A stretch of DNA of 64,000 nt, from contig OZ024745.1 in assembly GCA_964016885.1 (NCBI GenBank), positions 91,884,001 to 91,948,000 on the forward strand, given 5' to 3'. The notes beneath the pieces were generated by a model. It saw only the letters and a program-made list of their open reading frames with translations, did no database searches and had not been told where the DNA came from. This DNA comes from Eledone cirrhosa (taxonomy: Eukaryota). This document shows positions 1 to 14,500 of the stretch, piece after piece (the stretch's first letter is position 1; every line of letters begins with the position of its first letter). The position numbers and the translations under genes were made by a program.

Positions 1-2
1 CT

Positions 3-3000
3 CTGCCTGAGTATCAACCAGCTCCAATAGATACAGTAAGTTATATTACTCTGCCTGAGTATCAAACAGCTCCACTAGATACAGTAAGTTATATTACTCT
101 GCCTGAGTATCAAGCAGCTCCACTAGATACAGTAAGTTATATTACTCTGTCTGAGTATCAAACAGCTCCACTAGATACAGTAAGTTTTATTACTCTGCCT
201 GAGTATCAAACACCTCCACTAGATACAGTAAGTTATATTATTCTGTCTGAGTATCAAACAGCTCCACTAGATAAAGTAAGTTATATTACTCTGCCTGAGT
301 ATCAAACAGCTCCACTAGATAAAGTAAGTTATATTACTCTGCCTCAGTATCAAACAGCTCCACTAGATACAGTAAGTTATATTACTCAGCCTGAGTATCA
401 AACAGCTCCACTAGATACTGGAAGTTATATTACTCTGTCTGCGTATCAAACAGCTCCACTAGATACAGTAAGTTATATTACTCTGCCTGAGTATCAAACA
501 GCTCCACTAGATACAGTAAGTTATATTACTCTGCTTGAGTATCAAACAGCTCCACTAGATACAGTAGGTTATATTACTCTGCCTGAGTATCAAACAGCTC
601 CCCTAGATACAGTAGGTTATATTACTCTGTCTGAGTATCAAACAGCTCCACTAGATACAGTAAGTTATATTACTCTGCCTGAGTATCAAACAGCTCCACT
701 AGATACAGTAAGTTATATTACTCTGCCTGAGTATCAAACAGCTCCACTAGATATAGTAAGTTATATTACTCTGCCTGAGTATCAAGCAGCTCCACTAGAT
801 ACAGTAAGTTATATTACTCTGTCTGAGTATCAAACAGCTCCACTAGATACAGTAAGTTATATTCCTCTGCCTGAGTATCAAACAGCTCCCCTAGATACAG
901 TAAGTTATATTACTCTGTCTGAGTATCAAACAGCTCCACTAGATACAGTAAGTTATATTACTCTGCCTGAGTATCAAACAGCTCCACTAGATAAAGTAAG
1001 TTATATTACTCTGCCTGAGTATCAAACAGCTCCACTAGATAAAGTAAGTTATATTACTCTGCCTGAGTATCAAACAGCTCCACTAGATACAGTAAGTTAT
1101 ATTACTCTGTCTGCGTATCAAACAGCTCCACTAGATACAGTAAGTTATATTACTCTGCCTGAGTATCAAACAGCTCCACTAGATAAAGTAAGTTATATTA
1201 CTCTGCCTGAGTATCAAACAGCTCCACTAGATAAAGTAAGTTATATTACTCTGCCTGAGTATCAAACAGCTCCACTAGATACAGTAAGTTATATTACTCT
1301 GCCTGAGTATCAAACAGCTCCACTAGATACAGTAAGTTATATTACTCTGTCTGATTATCAAACAGCTCCACTAGATACAGTAAGTTATATTACTCTGCCT
1401 GAGTATCAAACAGCTCTCCCAGATACAGTAAGTTATATTACTCTGCCTGAGTATCAAACAGCTCTCCCAGATACAGTAAGTTATATTACTCTGCCTGAGT
1501 ATCAAACAGCTCCACTAGATAAAGTAAGTTATATTACTCTGCCTGAGTATCAAACAGCTCCACTAGATAAAGTAAGTTATATTACTCTGCCTGAGTATCA
1601 AACAGCTCCACTAGATACTGTAAGTTATATTACTCTGTCTGCGTATCAAACAGCTCCACTAGATACAGTAAGTTATATTACTCTGCCTGAGTATCAAACA
1701 GCTCCACTAGATAAAGTAAGTTATATTACTCTGCCTGAGTATCAAACAGCTCCACTAGATAAAGTAAGTTATATTACTCTGCCTGAGTATCAAACAGCTC
1801 CACTAGATACAGTAAGTTATATTACTCTGCCTGAGTATCAAACAGCTCCACTAGATACAGTAAGTTATATTACTCTGTCTGATTATCAAACAGCTCCACT
1901 AGATACAGTAAGTTATATTACTCTGCCTGAGTATCAAACAGCTCTCCCAGATACAGTAAGTTATATTACTCTGCCTGAGTATCAAACAGCTCCACTAGAT
2001 ACAGTAAGTTATATTATTCTGTCTGAGTATCAAACAGCTCCACTAGATACAGTAAGTTATATTACTCTGCTTGAGTATCAAACAGCTCCACTAGATACAG
2101 TAAGTTATATTACTCTGCCTGAGTATCAAACAGCTCCACTAGATACAGTAAGTTATATTACTCTGCCTGAGTATCAAACAGCTCCACTAGATAAAGTAAG
2201 TTATATTACTCTGCCTGAGTATCAAACAGCTCCACTAGATAAAGTAAGTTATATTACTCTGCCTGAGTATCAAACAGCTCCACTAGATACAGTAAGTTAT
2301 ATTACTCTGCCTGAGTATCAAACAGCTCCACTAGATACAGTAAGTTATATTACTCTGTCTGATTATCAAACAGCTCCACTAGATACAGTAAGTTATATTA
2401 CTCTGCCTGAGTATCAAACAGCTCTCCCAGATACAGTAAGTTATATTACTCTGCCTGAGTATCAAACAGCTCCACTAGATACAGTAAGTTATATTATTCT
2501 GTCTGAGTATCAAACAGCTCCACTAGATACAGTAAGTTATATTACTCTGTCTGAGTATAAAACAGCTCCACTAGATACAGTAAGTTATATTACTCTGCCT
2601 GAGTATCAAACAGCTCCACTAGATACAGTAAGTTATATTACTCTGCCTGAGTATCAAACAGCTCCACTAGATACAGTAAGTTATATTACTCTGCCTGAGT
2701 ATCAAACAGCTCCACTAGATACAGTAAGTTATATTACTCTGCCTGAGTATCAAACAGCTCCACTAGATACAGTAAGTTATATTACTCTGCCTGAGTATCA
2801 AGCAGCTCCACTAGATACAGTAAGTTATATTACTCTGTCTGAGTATCAAACAGCTCCACTAGATACAGTAAGTTTTATTACTCTGCCTGAGTATCAAACA
2901 GCTCCACCAGATACAGTAAGTTATATTACTCTGCCTGAATATCAAACAGCTCCACTAGAGACAGTAAGTTATATTACTCTGTCTGAGTATCAAACAGCTC

Positions 3001-6000
3001 CACTAGATACAGTAAGTTATATTACTCTGTCTGAGTATCAAACAGCTCCACTAGATACTGTAAGTTATATTACTCTGTCTGCATATCAAACAGCTCCACT
3101 ATATACAGTAAGTTATATTACTCTGTCTGAGTATCAAACAGCTCCACTAGATACAGTAAGTTATATTACTCTGTCTGAGTATCAAACAGCTCCACTAGAT
3201 ACAGTAAGTTATATTACTCTGCCTGAGTATCAAACAGCTCCACTAGATAAACTAAGTTATATTACTTTGCCTGAGTATCAAACAGCTCCACTAGATACAG
3301 TAAGTTATATTACTCTGTCTGAGTATCAAACAGCTCCACTAGATACAGTAAGTTATATTACTCTGCCTGAGTATCAAACAGCTCCACTTGATACAGTAAG
3401 TTATATTACTCTGTCTGATTATCAAACAGCTCCACTAGATACAGTAAGTTATATTACTCTGTCTGAGTATCAAACAGCTCCACTAGATACAGTAAGTTAT
3501 ATTACTCTGCCTGAGTATCAAACAGCTCCACTAGATACAGTAAGTTATATTACTCTGTCTGAGTATCAAACAGCTCCACTAAATACAGTAAGTTATATTA
3601 CTCTGTCTGCGTATCAAACAGCTCCACTAGATACAGTAAGTTATATTACTCTGCCTGAGTATCAAACAGCTCCACTAGATACAGTAAGTTATATTACTCT
3701 GTCTGAGTATCAAACAACTCCACTAGATACAGTAAGTTATATTACTCTGTCTGAGTATCAAACAGCTCCACTAGATACAGTAAGTTATATTACTCTGCCT
3801 CAGTATCAAACAGCTCCACTAGATACAGTAAGTTATATTACTCAGCCTGAGTATCAAACAGCTCCACTAGATACAGTAAGTTATATTACTCTGTCTGAGT
3901 ATCAAACAGCTCCACTATATACAGTAGGTTATATTACTCTGCCTGAGTATCAAACAGCTCCCCTAGATACAGTAGGTTATATTACTCTGTCTGAGTATCA
4001 AACAGCTCCACTAGATACAGTAAGTTATATTACTCTGCCTGAGTATCAACCAGCTCCAATAGATACAGTAAGTTATATTACTCTGCCTGAGTATCAAACA
4101 GCTCCACTAGATACAGTAAGTTATATTACTCTGCCTGAGTATCAAGCAGCTCCACTAGATACAGTAAGTTATATTACTCTGTCTGAGTATCAAACAGCTC
4201 CACTAGATACAGTAAGTTTTATTACTCTGCCTGAGTATCAAACACCTCCACTAGATACAGTAAGTTATATTATTCTGTCTGAGTATCAAACAGCTCCACT
4301 AGATAAAGTAAGTTATATTACTCTGCCTGAGTATCAAACAGCTCCACTAGATAAAGTAAGTTATATTACTCTGCCTCAGTATCAAACAGCTCCACTAGAT
4401 ACAGTAAGTTATATTACTCAGCCTGAGTATCAAACAGCTCCACTAGATACTGGAAGTTATATTACTCTGTCTGCGTATCAAACAGCTCCACTAGATACAG
4501 TAAGTTATATTACTCTGCCTGAGTATCAAACAGCTCCACTAGATACAGTAAGTTATATTACTCTGCTTGAGTATCAAACAGCTCCACTAGATACAGTAGG
4601 TTATATTACTCTGCCTGAGTATCAAACAGCTCCCCTAGATACAGTAGGTTATATTACTCTGTCTGAGTATCAAACAGCTCCACTAGATACAGTAAGTTAT
4701 ATTACTCTGCCTGAGTATCAAACAGCTCCACTAGATACAGTAAGTTATATTACTCTGCCTGAGTATCAAACAGCTCCACTAGATATAGTAAGTTATATTA
4801 CTCTGCCTGAGTATCAAGCAGCTCCACTAGATACAGTAAGTTATATTACTCTGTCTGAGTATCAAACAGCTCCACTAGATACAGTAAGTTATATTCCTCT
4901 GCCTGAGTATCAAACAGCTCCCCTAGATACAGTAAGTTATATTACTCTGTCTGAGTATCAAACAGCTCCACTAGATACAGTAAGTTATATTACTCTGCCT
5001 GAGTATCAAACAGCTCCACTAGATAAAGTAAGTTATATTACTCTGCCTGAGTATCAAACAGCTCCACTAGATAAAGTAAGTTATATTACTCTGCCTGAGT
5101 ATCAAACAGCTCCACTAGATACAGTAAGTTATATTACTCTGTCTGCGTATCAAACAGCTCCACTAGATACAGTAAGTTATATTACTCTGCCTGAGTATCA
5201 AACAGCTCCACTAGATAAAGTAAGTTATATTACTCTGCCTGAGTATCAAACAGCTCCACTAGATAAAGTAAGTTATATTACTCTGCCTGAGTATCAAACA
5301 GCTCCACTAGATACAGTAAGTTATATTACTCTGCCTGAGTATCAAACAGCTCCACTAGATACAGTAAGTTATATTACTCTGTCTGATTATCAAACAGCTC
5401 CACTAGATACAGTAAGTTATATTACTCTGCCTGAGTATCAAACAGCTCTCCCAGATACAGTAAGTTATATTACTCTGCCTGAGTATCAAACAGCTCTCCC
5501 AGATACAGTAAGTTATATTACTCTGCCTGAGTATCAAACAGCTCCACTAGATAAAGTAAGTTATATTACTCTGCCTGAGTATCAAACAGCTCCACTAGAT
5601 AAAGTAAGTTATATTACTCTGCCTGAGTATCAAACAGCTCCACTAGATACTGTAAGTTATATTACTCTGTCTGCGTATCAAACAGCTCCACTAGATACAG
5701 TAAGTTATATTACTCTGCCTGAGTATCAAACAGCTCCACTAGATAAAGTAAGTTATATTACTCTGCCTGAGTATCAAACAGCTCCACTAGATAAAGTAAG
5801 TTATATTACTCTGCCTGAGTATCAAACAGCTCCACTAGATACAGTAAGTTATATTACTCTGCCTGAGTATCAAACAGCTCCACTAGATACAGTAAGTTAT
5901 ATTACTCTGTCTGATTATCAAACAGCTCCACTAGATACAGTAAGTTATATTACTCTGCCTGAGTATCAAACAGCTCTCCCAGATACAGTAAGTTATATTA

Positions 6001-9000
6001 CTCTGCCTGAGTATCAAACAGCTCCACTAGATACAGTAAGTTATATTATTCTGTCTGAGTATCAAACAGCTCCACTAGATACAGTAAGTTATATTACTCT
6101 GTCTGAGTATAAAACAGCTCCACTAGATACAGTAAGTTATATTACTCTGCCTGAGTATCAAACAGCTCCACTAGATACAGTAAGTTATATTACTCTGCCT
6201 GAGTATCAAACAGCTCCACTAGATACAGTAAGTTATATTACTCTGCCTGAGTATCAAACAGCTCCACTAGATACAGTAAGTTATATTACTCTGCCTGAGT
6301 ATCAAACAGCTCCACTAGATACAGTAAGTTATATTACTCTGCCTGAGTATCAAGCAGCTCCACTAGATACAGTAAGTTATATTACTCTGTCTGAGTATCA
6401 AACAGCTCCACTAGATACAGTAAGTTTTATTACTCTGCCTGAGTATCAAACAGCTCCACCAGATACAGTAAGTTATATTACTCTGCCTGAATATCAAACA
6501 GCTCCACTAGAGACAGTAAGTTATATTACTCTGTCTGAGTATCAAACAGCTCCACTAGATACAGTAAGTTATATTACTCTGTCTGAGTATCAAACAGCTC
6601 CACTAGATACTGTAAGTTATATTACTCTGTCTGCATATCAAACAGCTCCACTATATACAGTAAGTTATATTACTCTGTCTGAGTATCAAACAGCTCCACT
6701 AGATACAGTAAGTTATATTACTCTGTCTGAGTATCAAACAGCTCCACTAGATACAGTAAGTTATATTACTCTGCCTGAGTATCAAACAGCTCCACTAGAT
6801 AAACTAAGTTATATTACTTTGCCTGAGTATCAAACAGCTCCACTAGATACAGTAAGTTATATTACTCTGTCTGAGTATCAAACAGCTCCACTAGATACAG
6901 TAAGTTATATTACTCTGCCTGAGTATCAAACAGCTCCACTTGATACAGTAAGTTATATTACTCTGTCTGATTATCAAACAGCTCCACTAGATACAGTAAG
7001 TTATATTACTCTGTCTGAGTATCAAACAGCTCCACTAGATACAGTAAGTTATATTACTCTGCCTGAGTATCAAACAGCTCCACTAGATACAGTAAGTTAT
7101 ATTACTCTGTCTGAGTATCAAACAGCTCCACTAAATACAGTAAGTTATATTACTCTGTCTGCGTATCAAACAGCTCCACTAGATACAGTAAGTTATATTA
7201 CTCTGCCTGAGTATCAAACAGCTCCACTAGATACAGTAAGTTATATTATTCTGTCTGAGTATCAAACAACTCCACTAGATACAGTAAGTTATATTACTCT
7301 GTCTGAGTATCAAACAGCTCCACTAGATACAGTAAGTTATATTACTCTGCCTCAGTATCAAACAGCTCCACTAGATACAGTAAGTTATATTACTCAGCCT
7401 GAGTATCAAACAGCTCCACTAGATACAGTAAGTTATATTACTCTGTCTGAGTATCAAACAGCTCCACTATATACAGTAGGTTATATTACTCTGCCTGAGT
7501 ATCAAACAGCTCCCCTAGATACAGTAGGTTATATTACTCTGTCTGAGTATCAAACAGCTCCACTAGATACAGTAAGTTATATTACTCTGCCTGAGTATCA
7601 ACCAGCTCCAATAGATACAGTAAGTTATATTACTCTGCCTGAGTATCAAACAGCTCCACTAGATACAGTAAGTTATATTACTCTGCCTGAGTATCAAGCA
7701 GCTCCACTAGATACAGTAAGTTATATTACTCTGTCTGAGTATCAAACAGCTCCACTAGATACAGTAAGTTTTATTACTCTGCCTGAGTATCAAACACCTC
7801 CACTAGATACAGTAAGTTATATTATTCTGTCTGAGTATCAAACAGCTCCACTAGATAAAGTAAGTTATATTACTCTGCCTGAGTATCAAACAGCTCCACT
7901 AGATAAAGTAAGTTATATTACTCTGCCTCAGTATCAAACAGCTCCACTAGATACAGTAAGTTATATTACTCAGCCTGAGTATCAAACAGCTCCACTAGAT
8001 ACTGGAAGTTATATTACTCTGTCTGCGTATCAAACAGCTCCACTAGATACAGTAAGTTATATTACTCTGCCTGAGTATCAAACAGCTCCACTAGATACAG
8101 TAAGTTATATTACTCTGCTTGAGTATCAAACAGCTCCACTAGATACAGTAGGTTATATTACTCTGCCTGAGTATCAAACAGCTCCCCTAGATACAGTAGG
8201 TTATATTACTCTGTCTGAGTATCAAACAGCTCCACTAGATACAGTAAGTTATATTACTCTGCCTGAGTATCAAACAGCTCCACTAGATACAGTAAGTTAT
8301 ATTACTCTGCCTGAGTATCAAACAGCTCCACTAGATATAGTAAGTTATATTACTCTGCCTGAGTATCAAGCAGCTCCACTAGATACAGTAAGTTATATTA
8401 CTCTGTCTGAGTATCAAACAGCTCCACTAGATACAGTAAGTTATATTCCTCTGCCTGAGTATCAAACAGCTCCCCTAGATACAGTAAGTTATATTACTCT
8501 GTCTGAGTATCAAACAGCTCCACTAGATACAGTAAGTTATATTACTCTGCCTGAGTATCAAACAGCTCCACTAGATAAAGTAAGTTATATTACTCTGCCT
8601 GAGTATCAAACAGCTCCACTAGATACAGTAAGTTATATTACTCTGCCTGAGTATCAAACAGCTCCACTAGATACAGTAAGTTATATTACTCTGTCTGATT
8701 ATCAAACAGCTCCACTAGATACAGTAAGTTATATTACTCTGCCTGAGTATCAAACAGCTCCCCCAGATACAGTAAGTTATATTACTCTGCCTGAGTATCA
8801 AACAGCTCCACTAGTTACTGGAAGTTATATTACTCTGTCTGCGTATCAAACAGCTGCACTAGATACAGTAAGTTATATTACTCTGCCTGAGTATCAAACA
8901 GCTCCACTAGATACAGTAAGTTATATTACTCTGCTTGAGTATCAAACAGCTCCACTAGATACAGTAGGTTATATTACTCTGCCTGAGTATCAAACAGCTC

Positions 9001-12000
9001 CCCTAGATACAGTAGGTTATATTACTCTGTCTGAGTATCAAACAGCTCCACTAGATACAGTAAGTTATATTATTCTGTCTGAGTATCAAACAGCTCCACT
9101 AGATAAAGTAAGTTATATTACTCTGCCTGAGTATCAAACAGCTCCACTAGATAAAGTAAGTTATATTACTCTGCCTGAGTATCAAACAGCTCCACTAGAT
9201 ACAGTAAGTTATATTACTCTGCCTGAGTATCAAACAGCTCCACTAGATACAGTAAGTTATATTACTCTGTCTGATTATCAAACAGCTCCACTAGATACAG
9301 TAAGTTATATTACTCTGCCTGAGTATCAAACAGCTCCCCCAGATACAGTAAGTTATATTACTCTGCCTGAGTATCAAACAGCTCCACTAGATACAGTAAG
9401 TTATATTACTCTGCTTGAGTATCAAACAGCTCCACTAGATACAGTAGGTTATATTACTCTGCCTGAGTATCAAACAGCTCCCCTAGATACAGTAGGTTAT
9501 ATTACTCTGCCTGAGTATCAATCAGCTCCACTAGATACTGTAAGTTATATTACTCTGTCTGCGTATCAAACAGCTCCACTAGATACAGTAAGTTATATTA
9601 CTCTGTCTGAGTATCAAACCGCTCCACTAGATACAGTAAGTTATATTACTCTGCCTGAGTATCAAACAGCTCCACTAGATAAAGTAAGTTATATTACTCT
9701 GCCTGAGTATCAAACAGCTCCACTAGATAAAGTAAGTTATATTACTCTGCCTGAGTATCAAACAGCTCCACTAGATAAAGTAAGTTATATTACTCTGCCT
9801 GAGTATCAATCAGCTCCACTAGATACAGTAAGTTATATTACTCTGCCTGAGTATCAAACAGCTCCACTAGATACAGTAAGTTATATTACTCTGTCTGATT
9901 ATCAAACAGCTCCACTAGATACAGTAAGTTATATTACTCTGCCTGAGTATCAAACAGCTCTCCCAGATACAGTAAGTTATATTACTCTGCCTGAGTATCA
10001 AACAGCTCCACTAGATACAGTAAGTTATATTATTCTGTCTGAGTATCAAACAGCTCCACTAGATACAGTAAGTTATATTACTCTGTCTGAGTATAAAACA
10101 GCTCCACTAGATACAGTAAGTTATATTACTCTGCCTGAGTATCAAACAGCTCCACTAGATACAGTAAGTTATATTACTCTGCCTGAGTATCAAACAGCTC
10201 CACTAGATACAGTAAGTTATATTACTCTGTCTGAGTATCAAACAGCTCCACTATATACAGTAGGTTATATTACTCTGCCTGAGTATCAAACAGCTCCCCT
10301 AGATACAGTAGGTTATATTATTCTGTCTGAGTATCAAACAGCTCCACTAGATACAGTAAGTTATATTACTCTGCCTGAGTATCAAACAGCTCCACTAGAT
10401 ACAGTAAGTTATATTACTCTGCCTGAGTATCAAACAGCTCCACTAGATACAGTAAGTTATATTACTCTGCCTGAGTATCAAGCAGCTCCACTAGATACAG
10501 TAAGTTATATTACTCTGTCTGAGTATCAAACAGCTCCACTAAATACAGTAAGTTTTATTACTCTGCCTGAGTATCAAACAGCTCCACCAGATACAGTAAG
10601 TTATATTACTCTGCCTGAATATCAAACAGCTCCACTAGAGACAGTAAGTTATATTACTCTGTCTGAGTATCAAACAGCTCCACTAGATACAGTAAGTTAT
10701 ATTACTCTGTCTGAGTATCAAACAGCTCCACTAGATACTGTAAGTTATATTACTCTGTCTGCATATCAAACAGCTCCACTATATACAGTAAGTTATATTA
10801 CTCTGTCTGAGTATCAAACAGCTCCACTAGATACAGTAAGTTATATTACTCTGTCTGAGTATCAAACGGCTCCACTAGATACAGTAAGTTATATTACTCT
10901 GTCTGAGTATCAAACAGCTCCACTAGATACAGTAAGTTATATTACTCTGTCTGAGTATCAAACAGCTCCACTAGATACTGTAAGTTATATTACTCTGTCT
11001 GCGTATCAAACAGCTCCACTAGATACAGTAAGTTATATTACTCTGTCTGAGTATCAAACAGCTCCACTAGATACAGTAAGTTATATTACTCTGCCTGAGT
11101 ATCAAACAGCTCCACTAGATAAACTAAGTTATATTACTCTGCCTGAGTATCAAACAGCTCCACTAGATACAGTAAGTTATATTACTCTGTCTGAGTATCA
11201 AACAGCTCCACTAGATACAGTAAGTTATATTACTCTGCCTGAGTATCAAACAGCTCCACTTGATACAGTAAGTTATATTACTCTGTCTGATTGTCAAACA
11301 GCTCCACTAGATACAGTAAGTTATATTACTCTGTCTGAGTATCAAACAGCTCCACTAGATACAGTAAGTTATATTACTCTGCCTGAGTATCAAACAGCTC
11401 CACTAGATACAGTAAGTTATATTACTCTGTCTGAGTATCAAACAGCTCCACTAAATACAGTAAGTTATATTACTCTGTCTGCGTATCAAACAGCTCCACT
11501 AGATACAGTAAGTTATATTACTCTGCCTGAGTATCAAACAGCTCCACTAGATACAGTAAGTTATATTATTCTGTCTGAGTATCAAACAGCTCCACTAGAT
11601 ACAGTAAGTTATATTACTCTGTCTGAGTATCAAACAGCTCCACTAGATACAGTAAGTTATATTACTCTGCCTCAGTATCAAACAGCTCCACTAGATACAG
11701 TAAGTTATATTACTCAGCCTGAGTATCAAACAGCTCCACTAGATACAGTAAGTTATATTACTCTGTCTGAGTATCAAACAGCTCCACTATATACAGTAGG
11801 TTATATTACTCTGCCTGAGTATCAAACAGCTCCCCTAGATACAGTAGGTTATATTACTCTGTCTGAGTATCAAACAGCTCCACTAGATACAGTAAGTTAT
11901 ATTACTCTGCCTGAGTATCAACCAGCTCCAATAGATACAGTAAGTTATATTACTCTGCCTGAGTATCAAACAGCTCCACTAGATACAGTAAGTTATATTA

Positions 12001-13457
12001 CTCTGCCTGAGTATCAAGCAGCTCCACTAGATACAGTAAGTTATATTACTCTGTCTGAGTATCAAACAGCTCCACTAGATACAGTAAGTTATATTACTCT
12101 GCTTGAGTATCAAACAGCTCCACTAGATAAAGTAAGTTATATTACTCTGCCTGAGTATCAAACAGCTCCACTAGATAAAGTAAGTTATATTACTCTGCCT
12201 GAGTATCAAACAGCTCCACTAGATACATTAAGTTATATTACTCTGCCTGAGTATCAAACAGCTCCACTAGATACAGTAAGTTATATTACTCTGTCTGATT
12301 ATCAAACAGCTCCACTAGATACAGTAAGTTATATTACTCTGCCTGAGTATCAAACAGCTCCCCCAGATACAGTAAGTTATATTACTCTGCCTGAGTATCA
12401 AACAGCTCCACTAGATACTGGAAGTTATATTACTCTGTCTGCGTATCAAACAGCTCCACTAGATACAGTAAGTTATATTACTCTGCCTGAGTATCAAACA
12501 GCTCCACTAGATACAGTAAGTTATATTACTCTGCTTGAGTATCAAACAGCTCCACTAGATACAGTAGGTTATATTACTCTGCCTGAGTATCAAACAGCTC
12601 CCCTAGATACAGTAGGTTATATTACTCTGTCTGAGTATCAAACAGCTCCACTAGATACAGTAAGTTATATTACTCTGCCTGAGTATCAAACAGCTCCACT
12701 AGATACAGTAAGTTATATTACTCTGCCTGAGTATCAAACAGCTCCACTAGATATAGTAAGTTATATTACTCTGCCTGAGTATCAAGCAGCTCCACTAGAT
12801 ACAGTAAGTTATATTACTCTGTCTGAGTATCAAACAGCTCCACTAGATACAGTAAGTTATATTCCTCTGCCTGAGTATCAAACAGCTCCCCTAGATACAG
12901 TAAGTTATATTACTCTGCCTGAGTATCAAACAGCTCCACTAGATAAAGTAAGTTATATTACTCTGCCTGAGTATCAAACAGCTCCACTAGATACAGTAAG
13001 TTATATTACTCTGCCTGAGTATCAAACAGCTCCCCCAGATACAGTAAGTTATATTACTCTGCCTGAGTATCAAACAGCTCCACTAGATACTGGAAGTTAT
13101 ATTACTCTGTCTGCGTATCAAACAGCTCCACTAGATACAGTAAGTTATATTACTCTGCCTGAGTATCAAACAGCTCCACTAGATACAGTAAGTTATATTA
13201 CTCTGCCTGAGTATCAAACAGCTCCACTAGATACAGTAAGTTATATTATTCTGTCTGAGTATCAAACAGCTCCACTAGATACAGTAAGTTATATTACTCT
13301 GCCTGAGTATCAAACAGCTCCACTAGATACAGTAAGTTATATTACTCTGCTTGAGTATCAAACAGCTCCACTAGATACAGTAGGTTATATTACTCTGCCT
13401 GAGTATCAAACAGCTCCCCTAGATACAGTAGGTTATATTACTCTGCCTGAGTATTAA
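3..13457 (+). other. Stop-free reading frame of the repeat ([LP/LS]EYQTAPLDTVSYIT)n; probably not a gene
   Basis: The frame is open from the window start. The track's start at 3267 is a CTG>TTG variant that recurs at 6819, and the frame ends at the CAA>TAA variant. There is no in-frame ATG and no non-repeat domain. Confidence refers to it being translated. Confidence 0.08.
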
Positions 13458-14500
13458 ACAGCTCCACTAGATACTGTAAGTTATATTACTCTGTCTGCGT
13501 ATCAAACAGCTCCACTAGATACAGTAAGTTATATTACTCTGTCTGAGTATCAAACCGCTCCACTAGATACAGTAAGTTATATTACTCTGCCTGAGTATCA
13601 AACAGCTCCACTAGATAAAGTAAGTTATATTACTCTGCCTGAGTATCAAACAGCTCCACTAGATACAGTAAGTTATATTACTCTGTCTGATTATCAAACA
13701 GCTCCACTAGATACAGTAAGTTATATTACTCTGTCTGAGTATCAAACAGCTCCACTAGATACAGTAAGTTATATTACTCTGCCTGAGTATCAAACAGCTC
13801 CCCCAGATACAGTAAGTTATATTACTCTGCCTGAGTATCAAACAGCTCCACTAGATACTGGAAGTTATATTACTCTGTCTGCGTATCAAACAGCTCCACT
13901 AGATACAGTAAGTTATATTACTCTGCCTGAGTATCAAACAGCTCCACTAGATACAGTAAGTTATATTACTCTGCCTGAGTATCAAACAGCTCCACTAGAT
14001 ACAGTAAGTTATATTATTCTGTCTGAGTATCAAACAGCTCCACTAGATACAGTAAGTTATATTACTCTGCCTGAGTATCAAACAGCTCCACTAGATACAG
14101 TAAGTTATATTACTCTGCTTGAGTATCAAACAGCTCCACTAGATACAGTAGGTTATATTACTCTGCCTGAGTATCAAACAGCTCCCCTAGATACAGTAGG
14201 TTATATTACTCTGCCTGAGTATTAAACAGCTCCACTAGATACTGTAAGTTATATTACTCTGTCTGCGTATCAAACAGCTCCACTAGATACAGTAAGTTAT
14301 ATTACTCTGTCTGAGTATCAAACCGCTCCACTAGATACAGTAAGTTATATTACTCTGCCTGAGTATCAAACAGCTCCACTAGATAAAGTAAGTTATATTA
14401 CTCTGCCTGAGTATCAAACAGCTCCACTAGATACAGTAAGTTATATTACTCTGTCTGATTATCAAACAGCTCCACTAGATACAGTAAGTTATATTACTCT
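13009..14500. repeat. 16-monomer (768-bp) sub-repeat, ~2 copies, carrying the TAT-TAA variant; boundaries approximate
   Basis: TAA variant at 13455 and 14223 (768 bp apart) with the same neighbouring variants (CCCCCA, ACTGGA, CTT, GTAGGT x2, ACCGCT). Confidence 0.85.

Noticed and set aside
36-59. Tiny 24-nt GT...AG intron alternating with 24-nt exons (YQTAPLDT)n
   Set aside because: The acceptor would be GAG (rarely used), there is no evidence for a tiny-intron organism, and both halves vary similarly. It is kept only as part of the splice-donor hypothesis.
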